A stretch of DNA of 60,224 nucleotides. Source: Candidatus Methylomirabilia bacterium (GTDB lineage: Bacteria; Methylomirabilota; Methylomirabilia; Rokubacteriales; CSP1-6). Below, piece after piece: positions 17,379 through 28,245 of the stretch. The notes below the pieces were generated by a model. That model did no database searches. It was not told the origin of the DNA and saw nothing but the letters and a program-made list of their open reading frames with translations. The DNA is taken from the NCBI GenBank assembly GCA_041493605.1, contig JBGPZD010000002.1, positions 1 through 60,224 on the forward strand, given 5' to 3'. Each line of letters begins with the position of its first letter. The first letter of the stretch is position 1. Position numbers and translations under genes: made by a program.

Positions 17379-17385
17379 CGACGCC

Positions 17386-18051
17386 ATGGACCTGGTGGAG
17401 GTGCCCGCGGGCTGGTTCTGGATGGGATGGGACGGGGGCCATCCGGGTGAGCGGCCGCGGCACCGGGTCTGGCTTGATGCGTTCGCCATCGCCCGCGCGC
17501 CCGTCACCAACCGGCAGTACGCGGCCTTCCTCGAGGCGGCCGGCGCCCCTCCCCCGCCCTGGTGGAGCGACCCGCGCTTCAGCGACCCCGAGCAGCCCGT
17601 GGTCGGCGTGAACTGGTTCGAGGCTGGCGTGTTCTGCGACTGGCTGTCGACCGAGCGGGGTGGGCGCTACCAGCTGCCCACCGAGGCCGAGTGGGAGAAG
17701 GCGGCGCGCGGCGGGCTCGAGGACGCGCGGTATCCCTGGGGCGACGAGCGGCCGGCTGCGGCCGGCTTCGACCAGCCGCCCCGCGTCACGGACACGCCGG
17801 CGAACCCGCTGGGGCTCGTGGCGCTCTCAGGCGTCTGCCACGAGTGGTGCCTCGACTGGGAGGATGAAGGCTACTACGCGACGTCACCCGAGCGGAGTCC
17901 GCGGGGCCCGGCCCACGGCACGCGGCGCGTCTCCCGCGGCGGCGCCTGGCGGCACCAGGACCCGTGGAGCGCCGTAGCCCACCGGTCGTCCCTGCCGCCC
18001 GCCCTGCGCTACTCGGATTACGGCTTCAGGGTGGCGCGGGCGACGAGGTGA
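17386..18051 (+). CDS. Formylglycine-generating-enzyme (SUMF1/EgtB/PvdO) family domain protein
   Basis: Tail of ORF 17203..18051 from MDLVEVPAGWFWMG. Contains PVTNRQYAAFL, LPTEAEWEKAARGG, GVCHEWCLDW, RGGAW and GFRVAR. Confidence 0.85.
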   Translation: MDLVEVPAGWFWMGWDGGHPGERPRHRVWLDAFAIARAPVTNRQYAAFLEAAGAPPPPWWSDPRFSDPEQPVVGVNWFEAGVFCDWLSTERGGRYQLPTEAEWEKAARGGLEDARYPWGDERPAAAGFDQPPRVTDTPANPLGLVALSGVCHEWCLDWEDEGYYATSPERSPRGPAHGTRRVSRGGAWRHQDPWSAVAHRSSLPPALRYSDYGFRVARATR

Positions 18052-18447
18052 CTAGAGGCGGGCGCGCAGTTCGCCGATATCGCGCCGGACTTCGTTGAAC
18101 GCGACGCGGACGACCGCATGGGTGGCGGCGAAACGCTGGTCCATTTCGGAACGGAGGTCGCCACCCAGCCGATCCACACGCTCGGACGTGGCCGCCACGC
18201 CTTCCGCAATGGCACGGATGTCGTGCCGAAGATCCTCGGCGACCACGTCGAAATGGCGCCGGGTCTCGGCGGCGGTGGCGTGGATCTCCTGGCGTAGACC
18301 GCCCACTTCTTGGTGAACGCCGCCCACCTCTTGGCGAAGGCCGCCCACCTCTTGGCGAAGGCCGCCCACCTCCTGGCGGAGGCCCTCCATGTCCTGGCGG
18401 AAGCCGCCTAGGGCACGGTCGAGATATGCGCGGGTTTCGTCGTCCAC
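18052..18447 (-). CDS. Hypothetical coiled-coil protein with tandem heptad (21-nt) repeats
   Basis: 131 aa. The motif RQEVGGL and variants repeat 5-6 times. The stop directly abuts the stop of the convergent FGE gene. Confidence 0.6.
   Translation of the reverse strand: MDDETRAYLDRALGGFRQDMEGLRQEVGGLRQEVGGLRQEVGGVHQEVGGLRQEIHATAAETRRHFDVVAEDLRHDIRAIAEGVAATSERVDRLGGDLRSEMDQRFAATHAVVRVAFNEVRRDIGELRARL
18286..18411 (-). repeat. Six tandem 21-nt (heptad-encoding) repeats inside CDS 18052..18447
   Basis: The plus-strand units are CTCCTGGCGTAGACCGCCCAC, TTCTTGGTGAACGCCGCCCAC, CTCTTGGCGAAGGCCGCCCAC (twice, identical, 18328-18369), CTCCTGGCGGAGGCCCTCCAT and GTCCTGGCGGAAGCCGCCTAG. Confidence 0.85.
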
Positions 18448-18483
18448 GAGACCACTCTAACCGGCGGGCTGACGCAGTTTCAA

Positions 18484-18503
18484 GAGTGTCAAAAGAGACA
18501 CTC
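18484..18503 (-). terminator. Hairpin GAGTGTC-N6-GACACTC downstream of the Grx-DinB gene (possible terminator or operator)
   Basis: 7-bp stem with a 6-nt A/T-rich loop, in a locally AT-richer 109-nt gap. On the minus strand it is followed by TTGAAA. It also lies upstream of gene 18052..18447. Confidence 0.35.
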
Positions 18504-18556
18504 CCGAGGTCTCAGAGGTGGCCGACGGCCTCGATCTCGATCAGCACGCGCGACCC

Positions 18557-19312
18557 CTACCAGAGGCTCGCCGGCAGCGGCAGGCCCTCGAAGTCGGCGG
18601 TGGGCAAGGGCTCCCGCGGCGGGATGCCGAGGCCCTCGAGCAGGGCGTAGAGCTGGCGCAGGTGCTGGGCGGCGTGCCAGGTGGTGCGCTCGAGGAGCTC
18701 GTGGCCCGACTGGGGGCCGTAGTAGACGGCGATCGTCCGCGCGAACTCTGTCGGGGAGGCTCCCTCGAACCAGCCGCCGATCCGGCCGCGCACCAGGGCG
18801 CCGTATCGGGCGATGGCCGCGCCGTCGCGGAGATCCTTCGGCGCCGTCTCCTGGAGCCACGTCCCGGGCAGCGTCCCCATGTCCATACCGTCCACGAAAG
18901 CCAGGCTCAACCGGAAGAGATGATAGGTCAGGTCGCGGATGCTCCGGTCGCGCTGGGGCGGCTTGTGCTCGAGATGCGCCTCGGGCACCGCGGCAATCGC
19001 GCGCTCGGCCGAAGCCAGGACGCGGTCGAGCCGCGCCGCGAGCTCGGCGGGCGGCAGCTTGGCCGCGGGAGTGAAATCGACCCCGAGCAGCTCGGCGTAG
19101 GCCGGCGGGTTCCACCCGTGCACCGCGCGGGCGCCGACCGCAACGGCCGGCACCACTGCGACCCCCAGCCGTTTCAGCTCCTCGAGCGCGGCGGCGCTGC
19201 CCTCGACGTTCACGGGATCGAACTCGATCCCCCAAGACGACAAGAGCTCCTTCGTCTTGGCGCAAGAGGATCAGCCGGGCCGGTAGAAGAGGCGCGGGCG
19301 CGGCGCGGTCAT
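18557..19312 (-). CDS. Glutaredoxin-like domain fused to DinB-like domain; candidate selenoprotein (Sec at TGA 19271-19273, motif USSC)
   Basis: ORF 18557..19243 (TTG start in the track) extends in frame through a single TGA to ATG 19310-19312: MTAPRPRLFYRPG-[TGA]-SSCAKTKELLSSWGIEFDPVNV. This is a Grx beta1/CxxC/helix pattern with TGA at the first Cys. The ATG lies 1 nt after the upstream gene stop. The C-terminal part (DLTYHLFRL..TTWHAAQHLRQL) is DinB-like. Confidence 0.75.
19232..19260 (-). other. Candidate bacterial SECIS hairpin downstream of UGA 19271-19273
   Basis: mRNA sense is UGA-N10-CCAAGACGA AGG[AGCU]CUU(G) UCGUCUUGG. A perfect 9-bp lower stem starts 11 nt after the UGA. It is followed by a 3-bp upper stem with a bulged G and an AGCU tetraloop. 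It lies entirely inside coding sequence (AKTKELLSSWG). Confidence 0.6.
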
Positions 19313-19313
19313 T

Positions 19314-20660
19314 TCAACGGACGCTCAGGAACACGTTGAGGGCGCGGCGATCGGCGACGGCGAAGTCGAGCAGCCCGTCGCCGTCCAGATCGGTCACCAC
19401 GAAGTTCGACTGCACGGGGCTCTTGAGCTCGATCACCCATCGCTCGGCCCAGTGGTCGCCCTGGAGCTCGAGGCCGGCCACGGCGTCGCGGCTTTCGCGC
19501 GGCACGACCACCTCCGGCGCGCCGTTGCCGTCGAGATCGGCGATGAGCGCCTGCTCGAGGTTGCGCGAGCCGATGGCGTGGGAGGAATAGCCCGGCGCCC
19601 GCGCGACGCGGACGAGCGAGCCGCCGGCCCGGCGATAGGCCGTGAGCGCGCCGCCGATATGGGGAGTGGCCACGGCCACGATCTCGGGCTGGCCGCCGCC
19701 GGACAGATCCGCCGCGCCGATCACATGGCTCCAGCGATGGCTGTGACCCGAGCTGGGGCCCTCGGCGAGCAGGACCAGGCCCCCGTCGCGCCAGCCGAGA
19801 GCCACGGTGGACGTCCCCTGACCGTTGCCGCTCCGGGTGAGAATCACCGACGGCCGCGGGGTCCCTCCGATGAAAGCAAGGACCGGAACCAGGTCCTCGA
19901 AGACCGCGGGAGCGGGCAGCGCGTAACGGCCCTTCAGCTCCAGGCTGTGGCTGCCGACACCGATGACGCTGACGCTGCCCGCCTCCAGGCGGTCACCGAG
20001 TATGCCGTGGGCGTAGCGATCGGTCGGTCCGGTCAGCACCACGGCCTCGGGCACGCCGTCGCCGTCGAGATCGGCCAGCGTGATCCGCGCATCGGGCAGC
20101 GCCCGGATGTCGAGGCGCGAGATCACGCGGGGGCTGCCGGCCGACAGGCCGCCGATGAGCACCACCGCGCCGTCCTGGGCCACGGCGAGGAGATCGTGGG
20201 ACGCCTTGCCGACCTGGATCACCGGAATCGGAAACGTCAGGGGCGAGAGCGGGGCGCCCACGTCATAGCCGCGCAGGACGAGATCGTCCCAGACCAGCAG
20301 CCGGCCGTCGGGTGCCACCAGCGCCAGGCCCAGCCGCTCCGCGTCCAAGCGCACGACGACGGGCGGCCCGTCCGGGCTCCCGCTCTCGCCGTAGCGCGCG
20401 CCCACGCGAAGGCCCGACGGCGTCACGTCGAACAGCCAGAGCGTGCCGTCCCGATCGATCGCCGCGAGCCGCCGCGGGCCGAAGGCCACGACCCACTTGA
20501 GCGGCGCGTCCGTCACGAGGGACAGCGCTTGCCAGCGCGGGAAACTCCCCTTGCCCGCGGCCACGCGGTTGCCCGACGACTCGCCGAAGGGCAGCCCCCA
20601 GCCGAGCGCCTCGACGGCGGCGGCCAAGAGAAGCGTCGCGACGATGAAGGCCCGGATCAT
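19314..20660 (-). CDS. Secreted FG-GAP/VCBS repeat (beta-propeller) protein
   Basis: 448 aa. Signal peptide MIRAFIVATLLLAAAVEA. Repeated ADLDGDGVPEAVV / ADLDGNGAPEVVV / TDLDGDGLLDFAV Ca-binding FG-GAP motifs. Confidence 0.8.
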   Translation of the reverse strand: MIRAFIVATLLLAAAVEALGWGLPFGESSGNRVAAGKGSFPRWQALSLVTDAPLKWVVAFGPRRLAAIDRDGTLWLFDVTPSGLRVGARYGESGSPDGPPVVVRLDAERLGLALVAPDGRLLVWDDLVLRGYDVGAPLSPLTFPIPVIQVGKASHDLLAVAQDGAVVLIGGLSAGSPRVISRLDIRALPDARITLADLDGDGVPEAVVLTGPTDRYAHGILGDRLEAGSVSVIGVGSHSLELKGRYALPAPAVFEDLVPVLAFIGGTPRPSVILTRSGNGQGTSTVALGWRDGGLVLLAEGPSSGHSHRWSHVIGAADLSGGGQPEIVAVATPHIGGALTAYRRAGGSLVRVARAPGYSSHAIGSRNLEQALIADLDGNGAPEVVVPRESRDAVAGLELQGDHWAERWVIELKSPVQSNFVVTDLDGDGLLDFAVADRRALNVFLSVR

Positions 20661-21445
20661 CTGCCCTTGAAGGTCACCGGCTGCTTCTTGGCGAAGGCGA
20701 CGACGCCGTTGCGGAAGTCCTCCGTGTGGCCGCTGGCGGCGATGGCCTGGGCTTCCAGCTCCATCTGGGACTCGAGGCTCTCCTGGGTGGACTGGTGGAA
20801 GAGCAGCTTGGCCCGGCCGAAGGCCAGCGTCGGCCCCTGGGCCAGCTCGCGGGCGAGCGCGGCGACGGCGCCGGGGAACTCCGCGTCGGGGTGCACGCGG
20901 TTGACCAATCCCCAGTCCATGGCCTCCCGGGCCGAGAGCACGCGGTTGGTGTAGTGCAGCTCGAGCGCCCTCCGCAGGCCGATCATGCGCGGCAGGAAGT
21001 AGGACGACGACCCGTCGGGGGAGGCGGCCATCTTGGAATAGGCCATGGTGAACTTGGCCGACTCGGCCGCCACCACGAGGTCGCCCGAGAGGGCGAAGCT
21101 CAGGCCGCCGCCGGCGGCCACGCCGTTGACGGCCATGACCACGGGCTTTGGGGCGCGCGCCAGGCGCGAGACCGCGCCGTGGAGGTAGGTCGTCAGCTCC
21201 TTGATGACGATGCCGATGCGGTCGGGGTTGTCGGCGAAGTCCTTGACGTCGCCGCCCGCGCAGAACGCCTTCCCCGCCCCGGTGACGACGATGCAGCGCA
21301 CAGCGCGGTCCTCGTCGGCCTCGAGCGCGGCGTGAAACAGGTCCCGCCCGAGGGCCAGGTTGAGCGCGTTGTAGGCCTCCGGGCGGTTCAGGGTGATCGT
21401 CGCCACCGCGTCCTTCACGGCGTAGATGACGGTGTCGTAGGCCAT
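20657..21445 (-). CDS. Enoyl-CoA hydratase/isomerase (crotonase) family
   Basis: ORF 20657..21514 trimmed to MAYDTVIYAVKD (ATG 21443-21445, with AGGAGA upstream). Contains LNRPEAYNAL, FCAGGDVK and NGVAAGGG. Confidence 0.9.
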   Translation of the reverse strand: MAYDTVIYAVKDAVATITLNRPEAYNALNLALGRDLFHAALEADEDRAVRCIVVTGAGKAFCAGGDVKDFADNPDRIGIVIKELTTYLHGAVSRLARAPKPVVMAVNGVAAGGGLSFALSGDLVVAAESAKFTMAYSKMAASPDGSSSYFLPRMIGLRRALELHYTNRVLSAREAMDWGLVNRVHPDAEFPGAVAALARELAQGPTLAFGRAKLLFHQSTQESLESQMELEAQAIAASGHTEDFRNGVVAFAKKQPVTFKGR

Positions 21446-21456
21446 GGATCGATCTC

Positions 21457-22880
21457 CTATCGTCGGTCGCCGACTCGGTGGAACTTCAACAGATTCGTCG
21501 TCCCGGTCACCCACATGGGCGCGCCCGAGATGATGATGAGCACGTCGTTGTTGCGCACGGTGCCGTCGGCGAGGAGCGTGCTCTCGACCTCCTCGATCAT
21601 CTCGTCGGTGGTCTCGACCTTGTGGACGAGCCGCGAGGACACGCCCCAGAAGAGGCCCAGCCGTCGCTGCACCTCGGGAAACGGGGTGAGCGCCACGATG
21701 GGCACGTCCGGCCGGTCCTGGGAGATGAGCCGCGCCGTGAAGCCCGACTGGGTGAACGCGACGATGGCCTTGGCGTGCAGCAGCCGCGCGGCCTGGCAGG
21801 CCGCTTCGGCTACGGCCTCGGGAAAGCCGTAGGCCTCGGGGCGCTGCCGGGCGGCGCCGCTCGAGGGCATGGCGCGCTCCGCGCGCTCGGCGATGCGCGC
21901 CATGACCTCGACGGTCTCGACCGGGTGCTGCCCGGTGGCGGTCTCCGCCGAGAGCATGATCGCGTCGGCCCCATCAAAGATGGCGGTGGCGACGTCGCTC
22001 ACCTCCGCCCGGGTGGGCCGGGTATGGTTGACCATGGACTCCAGCATCTGGGTGGCCACGATGACCGGCACCTTGCCGAGCCGCGCCTGGCGGATCACGT
22101 CCTTCTGGATCACGGGAATCTCTTCGAGCGGCACCTCCACGCCCAGGTCCCCCCGCGCCACCATCACGGCGTCCACCAGCGTCAGGATGCTCGCCAGGTT
22201 GGCCACGACCTCGGCGCGCTCGAGCTTGGCCACGATCGGCAGGTTGGCGCCCTGCTCGTGGAGGAACTTGCGGACTTCCTGAATATCGGCGGCCGAGCGC
22301 ACGAAGGACACCGCGACATAGTCCACGGAGTGCTCGATCCCGAAGCGCAGATCGTCACGGTCTTTGGGCGTGAGGCAGGACACGGGCAGCGGCATCCGCG
22401 GCAGCGAGACGCCCTTGTGGTCGGCGACGGGCCCGCCCGAGGTGACGCGGAGGTGGGCCTCGCCATCCTCCACCTTCTCGACGGTGAGCTGGATCATGCC
22501 GTCGTCCATCCACACCTGGTCGCCCGGCTTGAGCTCGGCCAGGAACTCGGGATGGTTGATCGAGCTGCGGGAGGCCGTCCCCTTGACCGACTTGACCGTC
22601 AGCGTGAAGCGCTCGCCGGTCACGAGCGTCGCCTGGCCGCCCACGAAGGTGCCGAGCCGGACTTTGGGCCCCTGGAGATCCTGGAGGATGGTGATGGACC
22701 GGCCCCAGTCGGCTTCGCCCTCCCGGATCGCGCGGACCGCGTGGGCGTGCTCCGCGTGAGTGCCGTGGGAGAAGTTGAGCCGCGCCACGTCCATGCCGGC
22801 CGCGACCAGACGGTCGAGGACCTCGCGGCTGCTGCTGGCCGGGCCGATGGTGCAGACGATCTTGGTCCGGCGGGCCGAGA

Positions 22881-22884
<4 letters not shown>
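21457..22884 (-). CDS. pyk: Pyruvate kinase
   Basis: Tail of ORF 21457..23442 from [17 protein letters not shown]. Contains [18 protein letters not shown] and [12 protein letters not shown] overlap with the uvrA stop. Confidence 0.95.
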
Positions 22885-25676
<2,792 letters not shown>

Positions 25677-25683
25677 CGAAGCC

Positions 25684-27186
25684 CTATTCTACCGCCTTCG
25701 CGCGCCGCGCGCCGCGGCGGGCGACCCAGAGGACCGCGGCCCCGGCGGGCACCGAGACGGCGGCCGGATAGGCCAACAGGATCTCGCCCGACCCCGCGCG
25801 GAGCCCGGCCGCCACGGCCAGGGCAGCGAACACGGCGAGCCCCACGAGCCCGGCGACCGTGCCCGCCGCCGGGCGCTCGCTCGGCGGTGGCCACAGCACC
25901 GCCGGGCTCAACGCGGCGGCCGCCCCGCCAAGAGCCAGCACCGTCAGTCGCCAGGGATCCACGGGCCAGAGGCTCGCGGCGGCCACCACGCCGAAGACTC
26001 CCGCCCACAGTCCCAGGTCGTAGCCGATCTCCCCGCCTCCGGTGCGGTCGAGCGCGCCCAGGCGCTCGCGCAGCGCCACGCTCGAGGCGAGGTAGCCCGC
26101 AAGCCCGGCGCCGAGAAGCGCGGCCTGAAGCGGCCGACGCCATGGGCTGCCGGCAAAGGCCAAGCCCGGCAGCTCGACCAAGCGCTCCGGCGTGACGCCG
26201 CCCAGGAAGAGGTCGGGCGCGCCCAGCACCGAGTAGACAGCCCAGGCCTGCGCCAAGAGAAAGCCCACGACGAGCCCACCGCCGACGACCGCGGCGACGC
26301 CCCGCGAGATGGGCCCGGCCATACCCGAACGCAGCAGGGCCAGCGCCCCGGCCAGGATGGTGAAGAGCAATGCGGCACGGCGCGCCCAGTCCCCCGCCCG
26401 TCCCGCCGCCCACGCGATTCCGGTCTGCGGAGCGCCCGGCACCCGCTTGCCTGCCTCGAACCGGATGCGGAGCACCGACGTCCGCTCGACCTGGTCGCCG
26501 GGCCGCAGGGTCACCGATTGACCAGGCGTCAGCGCCCACTCGATGTCGGCGATCCGGTTTCCGTCCACGGTGCGCGCGCGTAGCGTGCCGCCCTTCGGCG
26601 CGGTGATGCGGTGCTCCTCGTCGAAGGTGATGGGCGTGCGCCCGCGCGCCATCCTGAGGTCGCGTCCGGCCGTCACCCAGCGGCTGGCGGCGGGGAAGCG
26701 GAATGCCGGCTCGCTTGCGACGCGCTCCCAGGCGCCCAGCGGGCCGGCGCCCACGGCGCGCGCGGCCTGGACCAGCGGCACGCTGACCCCGATGAGCGCG
26801 AGCAGAAGCAAGGGCGTGAGGATGCGCCGGCAGCCGCGCCAGGCCGTGAGCAGCCAGCCGGCGGCGGCCGTCAGGGCGATGCCCTGCCAGCGCGGCGCGC
26901 CGAGCCAGGCGGCCACATCACCCGCCAGGATGATATTGGCCCACAGCAGCACGCCCACCGTGACGAGCAGGATCACGACGTTGAAGAGCGGCTCGCGGTC
27001 GGGCCGGGCCGGCTCTGCCAGCGGCGCGGGCGGGCGTGATCCCATGCCGAGGGCGACGAGGGGCGCGCACACCAGCGCGAGACCCACCCAGAGGCCGTCG
27101 GGGCCGCCGTCGAGGATCAGGGCCGACATGCCGAGCCACACGGCCGGCGTGAGCCAGACCCCGAGGAGACCGACGGCCGAGGTCAT
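25684..27186 (-). CDS. Hypothetical polytopic membrane protein with central soluble domain (500 aa)
   Basis: C-terminal 500 aa of ORF 25684..28329 from [11 protein letters not shown] (ATG 27184-27186, ATGA overlap with the upstream small ORF). Many hydrophobic segments flank a roughly 110-aa polar segment. The N-terminal 381 aa of the track ORF is antisense to the PIG-L gene and is rejected. Confidence 0.6.
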   Translation of the reverse strand: MTSAVGLLGVWLTPAVWLGMSALILDGGPDGLWVGLALVCAPLVALGMGSRPPAPLAEPARPDREPLFNVVILLVTVGVLLWANIILAGDVAAWLGAPRWQGIALTAAAGWLLTAWRGCRRILTPLLLLALIGVSVPLVQAARAVGAGPLGAWERVASEPAFRFPAASRWVTAGRDLRMARGRTPITFDEEHRITAPKGGTLRARTVDGNRIADIEWALTPGQSVTLRPGDQVERTSVLRIRFEAGKRVPGAPQTGIAWAAGRAGDWARRAALLFTILAGALALLRSGMAGPISRGVAAVVGGGLVVGFLLAQAWAVYSVLGAPDLFLGGVTPERLVELPGLAFAGSPWRRPLQAALLGAGLAGYLASSVALRERLGALDRTGGGEIGYDLGLWAGVFGVVAAASLWPVDPWRLTVLALGGAAAALSPAVLWPPPSERPAAGTVAGLVGLAVFAALAVAAGLRAGSGEILLAYPAAVSVPAGAAVLWVARRGARRAKAVE

Positions 27187-27401
27187 TGCCTTCCCGGCCC
27201 CGATCCCGGGCCCGGGACCCAGATCACCGCCGTGAGCCAGGCCGCCACCGGGGCCGCCACACCGCCGTACCACCAGAGCAGCGAGAGCCCCGCAACCCGC
27301 ACGGCGGCCAGCTGATTGGGAAGAGCGCTGAGAAGGGGGAAGCCGGCGAGCAACAGGAGCAGCACGAGGACGCCCTTGGAGCGGTTCGTCACCATCTGCA
27401 T
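27183..27401 (-). CDS. Hypothetical small membrane protein (72 aa)
   Basis: MQMVTNRSKGVLVLLLLLAGFPLL.. has two hydrophobic helices. Its stop overlaps the start of 25684..27186. Confidence 0.5.
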   Translation of the reverse strand: MQMVTNRSKGVLVLLLLLAGFPLLSALPNQLAAVRVAGLSLLWWYGGVAAPVAAWLTAVIWVPGPGSGPGRQ

Positions 27402-27439
27402 TATAGCGAAACCGCGCGGGCACCTGCCGCGTCTTAAGG

Positions 27440-27445
27440 TAGAAT
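27440..27445 (+). promoter_or_regulatory. -10-like TAGAAT upstream of the PIG-L deacetylase gene (leadered; SD AAAGGAG at 27456-27462)
   Basis: Read directly from the sequence. Confidence 0.3.
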
Positions 27446-27471
27446 CTCAGAACCGAAAGGAGCACGCTGAC

Positions 27472-28173
27472 ATGGCCCAGAGGATCCAGCGCGTGACGGT
27501 CATCACCGCCCACCCCGACGACTCCGAGTTCGGCGCCGGCGGGACCGTCGCCAAGCTGGCGCGGGAAGGCATGACAGTCACCTACTGCATCGTGACCAGC
27601 GGCAACAAGGGCTCGGGCGACCGGACCATGACGCCCGAGCGCCTCGCGACGATCCGGCAGGAAGAGCAGCGCGCGGCCGCCCGCGTCCTCGGCGTCGAGA
27701 CCGTGGACTTCCTCGGTTTCCCTGACGGCGAGCTCGAGGACACGCGCGAGTCGCGCATGGCGGTGGCGGGAGCCATCCGGCGGCACAAGCCCGATCTCGT
27801 CATCTGCCAGAACCCCCAGCGCACGCGGAACCTCTTCGCCTCGCACCGCGACCACCGGGTGGCGGGCGGCATCACCCTCGACTGCGTCTATCCCCTGGCG
27901 CGCGACCACATGGCCTTCCCCGAACTGATCGCGCAGGGGCTCGAGCCGCACAAGGTCAAGGAGGTGCACATCATGGCCTGGGACAGCCCCGAGCTCGTGG
28001 TGGACATCTCCGCCACCATGGATCTCAAGCTCAAGGCGCTTGCCTGCCACGCGAGCCAGATCCAGGACATGGCCGCCGTGGAGGCGCGCGTGCGCGACCG
28101 CGCCGCCCAGTTCGGCAAGGCCAAGGGCTACGCGTACGCGGAAACCTTCGACCGCATCGTCATCGAGCGGTAG
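27472..28173 (+). CDS. PIG-L/LmbE family deacetylase
   Basis: Tail of ORF 27316..28173 from MAQRIQRVTVITAHPDDSEFGAGG (AHPDDxE motif). HRDH follows later. AAAGGAG lies 9 nt upstream. Confidence 0.9.
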   Translation: MAQRIQRVTVITAHPDDSEFGAGGTVAKLAREGMTVTYCIVTSGNKGSGDRTMTPERLATIRQEEQRAAARVLGVETVDFLGFPDGELEDTRESRMAVAGAIRRHKPDLVICQNPQRTRNLFASHRDHRVAGGITLDCVYPLARDHMAFPELIAQGLEPHKVKEVHIMAWDSPELVVDISATMDLKLKALACHASQIQDMAAVEARVRDRAAQFGKAKGYAYAETFDRIVIER

Positions 28174-28239
28174 TTCGAGCTGAGACGGGCCCTGGACGCC
28201 CACCTGCCCGAGGCCTTTCATTGGCTGGAGGCTCTGGGA

Positions 28240-28245
28240 TAGAAT
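28240..28245 (+). promoter_or_regulatory. -10-like TAGAAT, 7 nt upstream of GTG 28253 of the acyl-AMP ligase gene
   Basis: Read directly from the sequence. It overlaps the track's ATG 28244, which argues against that start. Confidence 0.35.

Noticed and set aside
18286-18411. Tandem repeats considered as a possible CRISPR array (likewise 35247-35330).
   Set aside because: The units are contiguous with no spacers. They are 21 and 42 nt long and lie in frame within coding sequence. No cas genes are present in the window.
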